Shown here piece after piece: positions 25,574-35,364 of a DNA stretch of 64,000 bases. A model generated the notes under the pieces. The model was not told the DNA's origin, searched no databases, and was given only the letters and a program-made list of their open reading frames with translations. Numbering within the stretch: the stretch's first letter is position 1; every line of letters begins with the position of its first letter. The DNA is taken from positions 250,604,001 through 250,668,000 of the forward strand of contig NC_083223.1 of assembly GCF_032191835.1 (NCBI RefSeq). The letters are read 5' to 3'. This DNA is from Heteronotia binoei (Eukaryota). The position numbers and the translations under genes were made by a program.

Positions 25574-26509
25574 TTTTGGTTCCTAGATTTCAGTGCTGTT
25601 GCGGGGGGAGGACAATGCAGGATGTTTAGTCTTCCTCTTGGGACAGGATCGTAGCACTCTAGAGTTGCAATCCTAAACTCACATCCTAGGGAGTAAGTTC
25701 CTCTGAACTCAGTTGGACTTGCTTCTGAGCGTACCTACTTAAGGACTGTAGAACAGATGGAGCCAGTGTAGTGTAGGGGCTAGGATAGAGATGGCCAGCT
25801 GCAGTTCAGGAGCCACATGTGGCTCTTTCACACATATTGTGTGACTCTTGAAACCCCCACTGCCCCATTGGCCAGCTTGGAGAAGGCATTTGTCTCTTTA
25901 AATCACTTCTCCAAGTCAGTGAGTCAGTGGCTTGGAAAATGCATTTAAAGTTAAAGTTGCTTTCTTTCCACCTCTCCTTCCCCATCTATTTGCCTTCCTG
26001 CCTTGTGGCTCTCAAATATCTGATGTTTATTCTGTGTGGCTCTTCCATTAAGCAAGTTTGGCCTCCCCTGAGCTAGGGTGTTCAGCTACGACCTGGGAGG
26101 CCCCAGTTCAGATCCCCAACTGCCAAGGAAGCTTGCTGGGTTACCATGGGCTATTCATTCCCTGTCTAACTTACCTTGCAGGGTTGTTGTGAGGATAGAG
26201 TGGGGGGAGAATGGTGAATGGGACCCTAAGCTCCTTGGAGGAAGGACATGATAAAATAAATGGGGGGGGGGCACAGGTCTGGCCACTGATTTCAGGATGG
26301 CCAGTATGCCTGGAGAAAAATTCCCTGTCCTTTTATTTTAGATGCTTGCTGTGTGAAAAAGGAGAATTGAAGGTTTTCATGGCATGGGGGTAAATGGCAT
26401 CCCATTAAACTTCTGTTAGAGGGATGTGATATTTTTCTCCAGACCTGTTGGCAACTCTGTGTGCATTTAAAAAGGAGATTGGATTTATACCCCGCCCTTT
26501 ACTCTAGGA

Positions 26510-26645
26510 CAGGGGTGGCCAACGGTAGCTCTCCAGATGTTTTTTGCCTACAACTCCCATCAACCCCAGCCAGCATGGCCAATGGCTGGGGCTGATGGGA
26601 GTTGTAGGCAAAAAAAATCTGGAGAGCTACCATTGGCCACCCCTG
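26510..26645. mobile_element. 136-bp palindromic hAT MITE inserted in a SINE
   Basis: Near-perfect foldback; 8-bp TSD ctctagga. A second copy at 62705-62840 lies in the short CTSW intron 8. Confidence 0.9.
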
Positions 26646-29600
26646 CTCTAGGAGTCTCAGAATGGCTTATAATCCTCCTTCCCTTCCTCAGTCTCCCCAC
26701 AACAGACACCCTTGTGAGGTAGGTGGGGCTGAGAGAGTTTTCAGAGAATTGTGACTGAGCCAAGGTCACCCAGCTGGCTTCATGCAGAGGAGTAGTGGGG
26801 AATCACACCTGCTTCTCCAGATTAGAGTCTGCTGCTCCTAACTACTATACCAAACTGCTGGATTTCACAAAAACACATACTAACATTTTGTTGAAAAAAT
26901 TCCCCTTTTACAGGAAAGAAAAATGCAAAGACATAAAGCCATCTTCTACCATGCAAGAAGAAATCATAGAATGGAGATATGATGCTCTTCGGTTGTTTCT
27001 CTGTGTCTGGTTGCTATGAAAGGCACAGCAGTAGAGGAATTTTTTTTAAAGTCGGCATCAATTGCCTTTCCTTTCCTTACCATACAACATTCTCTTTAAA
27101 ATGCCTCTACTGCTGTAGTATTCTCTTTAAAAAGAAGGGGTTAGGGTTCAGACTTCTTAAGAGTATCTCTTTCTGCCTTAAAAGAATAGCTGAACTCTAA
27201 CCCCAGGTAAAGACTGCTTGTGGATCCTCAGTCGTATGTTTGGTTGCCAGCTCTGGGTTGGAAATTACCTGGAGATTTGGGAGGTGGAGCCTGAAGAAGG
27301 CAGGGTTAAGGAGGGAAGAACTTCAATGGGGTATGATGGCACAGAGCCCACCTTCCAAAGCGAGCATTTTCTCCAGATGAAATAGTGGGAGATCTCCATC
27401 CACCACCGGGAGGTTGGAACTCATACTCAGTAGAGAGAAAAATGCATCAACTTGGAGACCCAATCCTGTTTCTTCAAATATTTCAGGGCATCTTACACCT
27501 TGCAACTGTCCAGTGCAAATGGTAGCATGTGTGTGTGTGAGAGAGAGACAGAGTGAATGTAGGCCACACAAGGTCAGTGCAAGCCATTATCTCTTTAGAT
27601 TACTTATGTATAAATGCACATGTGGGTGCTTAATTGGTGCGTGCTTAATTTAAACCAAGAGGGATTTGCGACAGCAGATGCCCGCCTTGCAGCTTTGCCC
27701 TGTAATCCTAGCTGGCTGGACTTTTTGAAGGGGTTGGGGGCAGAGGAGAGAGAGAGAGATCTTAAAGATTTACTTGAGTGTTATAGGAAAAGAGCTCTTA
27801 ACTCCCTCATCTAATAATGGCATTTGGAATCACTCCATGATTTGATACAAGTCCAGGACTGATGGAAGTATTATTTTTTTTACACAATGGACTTTTAAAA
27901 CTCACTGCCGCAAGATGGGGAGGCAGCCACTAGCTGGGATAACTCTGTGTGTGCGTGCTTGCGTGCATGTGAAGTGCCGCCAAGTGGAAGCTGACATACG
28001 GTGACCCCATAGGGATTTCAAACCCAGTGATTAAGCAGAGGTGGTTTTGCCATTGCCTGCCTCTGCAGAGCCTTCCTTGGTGGTTTCTCATCCAAGTACT
28101 GACTCTGATTAGCTTCTGAGATCTGATGAGATCGGGCTATACTATACCATTCCACATCCCTCTGGGCTGACTTAAAAAAATTAGTCTATTTCAAAGCATC
28201 TGTCAGTCATGATAGTTAGATAGAACTTCCATATTCAAAGGCAGTGTACCTTTAAATACTAGATGCTTGGGAGACATAGTAGGAAGACCACAGATTTATA
28301 CCCCGCCTTTCTCTCTGAATCTGAGTCTCAGTGGCTTTCAATCTCCTTTATCTTCCTTCCCCACAACAGACACCCTGTGAGGTAGGTGGGGCTGAGAGAG
28401 CTCTCATAGAAGCTGCTCTATCAAGGCAGCTCTGTTAGAGCTATGGCTGACCCAGGGCCATTCCAGCAGCTGAAAGTGGAGGAGTGGGGAATCAAACCCA
28501 GTTCTCCCAGATAAGAGTCTGCACACTTAACCACCACACCAAACTGGCTCACTTAATCACTACTCCAAACTGGGAAGAGCTGTTGCCTTCATGCACTGCT
28601 TCTCTCATTGCTGCTTTCTCAAAGGCATCCAACCAGCCATTGTTAGGAAGAGAATGATAGTATAGATGAACTTTTGGTCTGACCCGGCAACATGACTAGG
28701 TCAGGATCTGGCCAAAGTTAAACATTTTCAAGTCCCATTTATTTAACAGAGTTTTAAGCATATGTAAAGTGGTATGAAACACACACAAAAGCAAGTCCTG
28801 TTGTGTTCGATAGCAATTTCCTATGTTGTGTATGCATCAGACTGCAATCCTAAAAGTCTTTGGCTGAGTTGGAGAAAAGCACTTTGCACATGCTCAGAAG
28901 CCCAAGTTAATTGGATGATCCAGGGCTGAGGAGTGCTTGCCTGACTAATCAATCCGTCTCTTTCTCCTCCCCACTCCTCACCCTGTTATAAGCAATTTCC
29001 CCCTTGTTTATAAAAGACCAAACTGCTGGCTCATCTGAAACAGACAGACAAACTTCTACAGTTGTATTAAAATAGTTGGTGTGTTTTTATTGTAAATCTG
29101 ATATATTTCTTCATAGTGAAAACAATTTTTAAAAGTGTCCTTGGACAATCTGTCTTCTGCCATGCCTGGGGTGGGGAGTGGGGGAAAGCAATAGAAAGAA
29201 CTGACATTGTGGGGAGGCCTACACTGGGAATTTAAAACAGTCATCCCTATATGGGACCATCACAAGTGATTTTTTATCTGATGTGCACCAAGAGTATATA
29301 ACAGGGTTGCCAACTGATGGGGAAAAACAGCCTGACCTGCTCCTGTGTCTTTAACAACAACTTGATCGACAAAAAGCTTGTGGTGAAGCTTTCCAGGGCA
29401 GGGAGCTAAGCATGATTTCTTGTTGTTGGCTGTAGATCAAACAGGAGCGGTGACTTATTTTTTTAAAAAATTGCAACCGTATTACGGAATTCTTCCTACT
29501 CCAAAGGCATTTCATATTTTAAAAGCAAAATCTTGTGGACTGAAGTTCAGTAACAGGGCTAAAGATCTCAATTAAAAGCTATCCTTTCCCCTTGTAAGCT

Positions 29601-29664
29601 TGCAATTTCTAAGGTTCTTTTGACAGCTAAATTTGTTCTAACCTGATTTAAATGCTCATGGGCC

Positions 29665-29670
29665 TTTATT
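29665..29670 (-). terminator. Polyadenylation signal of GSDF-like gene
   Basis: Plus-strand tttatt = AATAAA on minus, about 220 nt after the stop codon. Confidence 0.65.
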
Positions 29671-29888
29671 CAAAGCGTTCTGCAGCAGGTGGGAACTCAA
29701 GCGCTCCATTTGGGGTTCTTTAGTGTGTGGGAGGGGGCTGTGGAAGAGGTTTTCCCACCGCTTCTCTCCAGTATCAGAAAATGCCAGTTCAGGGGCATCC
29801 CTTACAGGAGAAAATCTGTGATGGTTGCAGATGATGATCCCTGTCTATCCCCTGAATTCGGTTTCTTTTGTGCCAAGTGGAGCAGGCC

Positions 29889-30002
29889 TCAGGGTTGGCA
29901 GTGGCAGTCACGATCCAAGCGTGGTGCCCGTACAACTAATGTGCCATCTTCTTGGAGAAACACAAAGGAGATTGAAGTCCGGCGCGGTCGACAGCAGCGT
30001 GC
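29889..30002 (-). CDS. GSDF: GSDF-like TGF-beta family ligand, last coding exon (exon 5)
   Basis: Acceptor cttgcttttctccag|, phase 0: ARCCRPRRTSISFVFLQEDGTLVVRAPRLDRDCHCQP* carries the TGF-beta C-terminal CC-x-P...C-x-C motif. AATAAA follows at 29670-29665. Confidence 0.85.
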   Translation of the reverse strand, partial: ARCCRPRRTSISFVFLQEDGTLVVRAPRLDRDCHCQP

Positions 30003-31000
30003 CTGGAGAAAAGCAAGTGATTGTTTTTTTCAAGAAGAGCATAGAAGATTTACAATTTCTGCACTACACTCTCAAGCCAATACAATTATGTGCAGAGCTA
30101 CTTCAGATCATGTTTGCAGTACAGAAGCAAACTACGAGTATTTCAATAGAACAAAACACCTAAAACTTGGGATAGGCACCTGAGTCCACCCATGAAGCTT
30201 GGGGGCTTGCACACACCTCTGACTGGCAGCTGCATATGTCCAGGGGAGTGAAGATGACTGGTATAAAACATACTTAGCACCTTCTTCACCCAAAGGGTGA
30301 TTAACACATGGAATTAACTGCTGCAGGAGGTGGTGGCAACTAGAAGCATAGACGGCTTCAAGAGGGGAGTAGATAAACATGGAGCAGAGGTCCATCAGTG
30401 CCTATTAGCCACAGGTATAGATGAAACTCTCTGGGGCAGTGATGCTCTGTATTCTTGGTGCTTGGGGGGCATCTGTGGGAGGGCTTCTAGTAGTCCTGGC
30501 CAATATTCCCTCTAACTTGAGTTAGCATGAGCTAGCTCACAGATTTTTAGCCTCCAGCTCACATGTTTTTGTCTTAGCTCAGGAAGGATGACCCCACAGC
30601 ACACTAATTTATGCACACTAATTTATTGCAAGAAGAAACATCCACAGAGAAACAGGCACAGAGAGAACTGTATACCGCCTGGTTATGGCTAGCCATGCTC
30701 CCTAGCAGGCAACAGTTATTCCTATTGGCTCACTCCAGAATTCTTCATTTGCATCTCTTTGTTATAAGTTGTTACATGCCTAGCATCCTGATTGGCAGTT
30801 CTTGCAAGCTTCAGGATCCTGGTTTGCAAGGAGTGCCTGCCTCAAACTCAGGCCTACTAGCAGTGAACACAGCAAATACATAACAGCTCTAACCTAAGGA
30901 GCATGCCCCAGAAACTTTGGGCTCCTCCCATCCCCTCTAAAGTACCAGAGTCTTCCAATTAAATTGCCTGAGTGGGTCTTTGGAGGACCACATCCTGTAC

Positions 31001-31167
31001 CTGCTTTGAGTCCACTGTTGGCTGATGGTTTGGCTGTCCAAGGAGTCCACACTCTTGCATCCAAACGGGGGTCGTCTGCCCCTTTTCCTTTTTGTGGCAC
31101 TGGCAGCCCAAGCATTCCGTGAAGACGAAGGAACTGGGGTGCAGCACCCAGGTTTGCCAGCCGAGAT
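31001..31167 (-). CDS. GSDF: GSDF-like exon 4 (core of mature TGF-beta domain)
   Basis: Acceptor cccactcccttag|, 167 nt, (D)LGWQTWVLHPSSFVFTECLGCQCHKKEKGQTTPVWMQECGLLGQPNHQPTVDSKQ, donor CAG|GTACAG, phase 0. The DLGW-x-x-W-V-x-HP...C-x-x-C motif is GSDF-like. Confidence 0.9.
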
Positions 31168-31409
31168 CTAAGGGAGTGGGGAGCACAGAAAGGCATAAAG
31201 GGGTGGGTGGAAGACAGTTTTTGCAAACCATGTCTAAAAACTGTATTTGCTTCTCCTTTAAAATGGCTAGACTGGTAATTCCCATCTGAGAACAGCTAGA
31301 ATGCCACAAAAAGAAATAACTAATACGACATCTCTCTCTGGGAGAGGGTGGAACAGGGTTTGGGGAGGGGCCTCAGCATTGTGCAATGTCATAGAGTCAT
31401 ATGACATAT

Positions 31410-31605
31410 GAAGCTGCCTTATACTGAATCAGACCCTTGGTCCGTCAAAGTCAGTATTGTCTACTCAGACTGGCAGCGGCTCTCCAGGGTCTCAAGCTGA
31501 GGTTTTTCACACCTATTTGCCTGGACCCTTTTTTTGGAGATGCCAGGGATTGAACCTGGGACCTTCTGCTTACCAAGCAGATGCTCTACCACTGAGCCAC
31601 CGTCC
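31410..31605 (-). mobile_element. tRNA-Ala-derived SINE (Squam3-like), in GSDF-like intron 3
   Basis: Minus-strand head gtggctcagtggtagagcatctgcttggtaagcagaaggtcccaggttcaatccctggcatctcca. Related copies near 8880-9095, 18388-18530, 36820-37035 and 61420-61560. Confidence 0.75.
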
Positions 31606-32664
31606 CTCTCCAAAGGGTGTTTTGAAGTGCACCCTTCAAAACAGCCTCTGCTCCTGAGCCTTTAATAGAAGTTAGATCTGCAGGTCATAGCAAGCAAAAC
31701 ACAGAAATGTTTTTCCTCCACTAAAGAACAAAACCAGCACAAAATTTCTGCATAACACATAGTCAGCCCTCTGACGATGGCTCCAAAGGCAAATCTGAGT
31801 ACAGCAATAAGCCCTGGGAGACTCCTGGTAGGGGCAGGTTCCCCAGGACATGCATGCAAGGGTTTAATAGCGCAACCTTATTTTTATTTATTTATTTATA
31901 GTCCACCTTCCTCACCAAGACCCAAGGCAGATTACATAGAGTAAATCAATGCAATTAGTAGGATGAGGCATCTAATAAGTAATGCAATAGGACTAGGATT
32001 ATGAAAACCTGAAACAAAGCCAAATGTTGATGAGAGGGATGAAAGCCTCCAAGTGGAGCCTGGAATCCCCTGGAATTACAACTGTTCTTCAGATGACAGA
32101 GATCATCTGGAGAAAACGGTTGCTTTGGCAGGTAGATTATATGGCATTATATGGCATTATCCTTTTTCTCCTCAAACCCTACTCTCCCCAGGCTCCATTC
32201 CCAAATCTCTAGGACTTTTTCAACCCAGAATTGGCCACCCTCATTTGTGATATGTCAAACAATGCAGGAAATGGTATTACAGAAGTAGAAACCACTGCAG
32301 TAAGAGCAGGATAATATTACAACAAACAGATAATACATACCATATACAAGGGCATAGTCTACAGTCCTTTTCCCTTTATAAAAGCATCTTCCTGAACCAT
32401 TCTGTTATAATATTTTCCTTATTACCTTTATAGGAATTCCCACCTGAACGATTTTGTCTTTCATAGTTTGTGGTCATTCCAGGCAGTAAGCCAGTATAGT
32501 ATAAATGCCATCATACTTGATGTGTTCACTATAGGAGCCTCAAAGGAGACTTATAACCACAGCAGGCTGGTCTGTTTCTGCCCCTGCCTGGCAGCCTCAT
32601 AAGGCACCACGCCGGCTGGGGAGAAAAACAGAGATTTTAATCTAACCAGAATGAGAGCATTTAC

Positions 32665-32739
32665 CATCCATCATGATACGATATGAGATCTGGATGCAGC
32701 TCCCTCTTCGTATCAGCAGCGTTTGATTGGAGAAGATAT
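32665..32739 (-). CDS. GSDF: GSDF-like exon 3 (end of prodomain, dibasic site, first cysteine)
   Basis: Acceptor ttccttcctctctaaacag|, 75 nt, (D)IFSNQTLLIRRGSCIQISYRIMMD+D, donor G|GTAAAT. Phases 1/1 join exons 2 and 4 in frame and give the family spacing C-x10-DLGW. Confidence 0.85.
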
Positions 32740-34210
32740 CTGTTTAGAGAGGAAGGAACATTTGGTGATTAGGTCTACGTGGCAGAGACAAGGCCCCCCT
32801 GTTAACCAGGAGAGAGAATGTCAGCAGATACTGATTCTCCCTACAACGCAAAATTATAATGGGGAAAGTTGGGGCTGCCAGATTTGAGTCTTATTAAACA
32901 GGATCCTGAATGGCTTCTCCTAAAAGGTTCAACACAGATAGAGTGAAAGAGGGTAGAAACATTGTAACACATTGCTGATCACCTTTCTTTACTCTCTTCC
33001 CTAGCTGACAAAAGGCATTGGCTGTGCTGCTGTGATGTCATAGCAGGAGGTCTGTCATGGAATATTTAAAACCACAGTGAAGGAAATTGAAGGTCATGCG
33101 ACAAGGGGAAATACTTCAGACTCTGAGCATAGGAGGAAGAACAGAATGTAGGGGTTGAGGGGAAGAGATTAGCATTGGGACAGAACAGATTGCCAAATAC
33201 GGGTTTGAACATTCCTGGAGATTTGGAAGCAGAGCCTGCAGAGGACAGGGACCTCAGTGGGGTATAATGCCATAGACTCCTCCAACCTCCAAAACAGTAA
33301 TTTCTGCAGGGGAACTGATTTCTGTAATCTGGAGATCAGCTGTAACTCCAGGAGATTCCAGGCCTCACCTGAAGGTTGGCACCCATCAAGCAGAGACAGA
33401 TGGGAACAGGAAAATTAAGCAAGTAGGGGTGAGGGAGCCATATTGGTTTGATTTCAACATCCAAGCATGGCTATAGGTCTCAACAACAACTTGCAGTTCT
33501 GGGTTCCCCTTTACAGATGGGAGAGCTGAAGCTGAAAATTAACAATTTACCAAAGCCACATAGTAAATCCTTAGTTAGTGTTGCCAACAGGCCTAGAAGG
33601 GGGGAAAAAATGTCCCATTCCTTTTAACAGAATCTTAATGTGTTCTTATTTACCTCCATGCCATTAAAACTTTCAAGTGCCATTTCCACATGTAAAAGTT
33701 ATTTAAAAAGAAAAAATAAATTTTTTTCAAGGTCTGTTGGCAGCCCTATTCTTTGCAAGTTCAAAGACAACGAACTTCAAATTAGTGTTTGTTTGCCAGT
33801 CTGTTTAAGATGCTTACAAGAAATGTAGAAAGTGAAGTTTTTCCAGCGATCTCAGAAAAAGGCTATTGTTAAAGGGAGAAGAGAGAGGGTGGCAAGGGGA
33901 GACCAAACTTTATCTCAGCAGTACCTGGTGGGACAAACTGAAGAGAGGATCATGGTTAACTTCTAAAAAGAGAAGTGCTGGAACTTAAGCTTCACTAGAA
34001 TTTGATTCCAAAGCCACTACGCAGTGGTTCATGGTGAGGCAGAAGGCACTCTGCACAGGCCTAGAGATACTCTCATCACTTTGCACATTCTGCTGCTGGA
34101 CCTTGGAGCAGCAACCTGGTGGAAGGACTCAAATTAAAATCCTATTGTATAGCTATGGTGAGCAGCAGGTCTAGGGCAGAAACCAGATGTGGGAGGTCAG
34201 AGGAACTCAC

Positions 34211-34374
34211 CAAGGTACTGCCCCTGACTGGACAGGGTTGGGAGCTCCCTCGCCACCTTGGCCCAAGTTTCGTGTGCTTGGTCTGCTGCACTGGCTGCAA
34301 TCCTAGGAGGCCGGTCCAACCGAAGCTGCTGAAGCATTGCAGAAGCTGCCCGCCAGAGGACTTCTGCCCGGCAG
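34211..34374 (-). CDS. GSDF: GSDF-like exon 2 (prodomain helix)
   Basis: Acceptor ctttgttctctctcctttgacag|, 164 nt, (x)CRAEVLWRAASAMLQQLRLDRPPRIAASAADQAHETWAKVARELPTLSSQGQYL+D, donor TTG|GTGAGT. Resembles the fish Gsdf prodomain pattern C-x-x-E-x-L...LL-x-x-L-x-L...P...E-x-W as I recall it. Confidence 0.8.
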
Positions 34375-34797
34375 CTGTCAAAGGAGAGAGAACAAAGTAA
34401 AGTTAAGCTGTGGTGCTTAGAGCCAGGGTGTGTTCACACACACTAAATAACACGCTTTGCAACTGGGTTTTTACTGTGTAAGAACAGCAAAATCCACTTG
34501 CAAACAGTTGCCATGTGAAAGAACCCCCTGACTGTTCGGCAGCTCCCTGGTGTTGTTGTTATTGCAGTAGTGGTTCTGTTTGGGTTTAGAGGACAGCAGA
34601 GTAGCAAGAGACCAAAGAGGACAGCTGGACTCCTGTGCCTTTGAGAACTGGCTTGAAGGAGGCATTTCAGCCAGTGCCTTCTCTGTAGGAGAAGCTGCCG
34701 CTACTCAATTCCTCCTTCACCATATCTGTTTAAACCATATGAACCACAACCACCTTTTCTCTTAAGCTGCCAACTGGACTTCTGCTGTCTCCTGAAC

Positions 34798-34967
34798 CTT
34801 TCACAGTGGCTCAGTATGGAGAAGCCAGCAGGTGAAGCATTTAAGGTAAAAAGGTAAAAGGTAAGGTAAGGTAAAATTTTATTTATATCCCACCCTCCCC
34901 CGCCGAAGCAGGCTCAGGGCGGCTGTTGAAGGCTCAGGAGCAGCAGGAAGGCTGAGAAGTTGGCCAT
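34798..34967 (-). CDS. GSDF: Candidate GSDF-like exon 1 (signal peptide), interrupted by a LINE-tail insertion with in-frame TGA
   Basis: agaATGg (good Kozak) gives MANFSAFLLLLSL, then insert-derived QQPP*. After the insert the same frame continues LNASPAGFSILSHCE to a weak phase-2 donor AG|GTTCAG at 34798; exon 2 requires phase 2. The exon boundary is uncertain. Confidence 0.5.
34845..34928 (-). mobile_element. Short LINE (L2-type) 3' end fragment with (TTACC)n-like tail inside candidate GSDF exon 1
   Basis: The minus strand reads agccgccctgagcctgcttcggcgggggagggtgggatataaataaaa, homologous to the 3' end of the L2 at 22.3 kb and to copies near 3.39 and 15.8 kb. Flanked by a TSD-like 7-mer pair, tttaagg 34840-34846 and ttgaagg 34926-34932. 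Confidence 0.8.
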
Positions 34968-35169
34968 TCTAACATGCAGCGTTGTTCTGCTCTCAAGAAG
35001 TTTATCTGCCTCCTGTTCCCTGCCCACACAGACACTGTTGGCACATCTTCCGTAGATTAAGCATTTCCCTGCCCAAAACAACAGCAACAGCAAAAAAAAA
35101 AAAGTTCACACTTCAACATCATTGACAAGAGTATCTAGCAAAAACAACTTTTCTGCTCTCCACAGAGAA

Positions 35170-35364
35170 GGGGGTGGAAGGCAGCATAGTATAGCCTCAT
35201 CTCATCAGATCTTAGACGCTAAGTAGAGTCGGTGCTTGGATGGGAGACCACCAAGGAAGACTCTGCAGAGAGAGGCAATGGCAGACCACCTCTGCTTCTC
35301 CCTTGCCTTGAAAGCCTCTTGCTGGGGTTGTCATGAGTCAGCTGCAGCTTGACAGTATATACAC
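35170..35364 (+). mobile_element. 5S rRNA-derived SINE (SINE3) with RTE/BovB-type tail, about 200 bp upstream of the GSDF-like start codon
   Basis: atctcatcagatcttagacgctaag...cttggatgggagacc resembles the 5S internal promoter region, followed by gaggcaatggcagaccacc. Copies on minus near 20570-20735, 27960-28165 and 50205-50410. Confidence 0.75.

Noticed and set aside
29689-30183. 164-aa plus-strand ORF (MGTQALHLGFF...) and the overlapping 112-aa ORF
   Set aside because: These are antisense shadows of the GSDF-like last exon and 3' UTR; no recognisable domain or splice support.
34471-34700. Hydrophobic stretch (AVLFGLLLLCCPL) on minus, in GSDF-like intron 1
   Set aside because: No in-frame ATG after an upstream TAG and no usable phase-2 donor.
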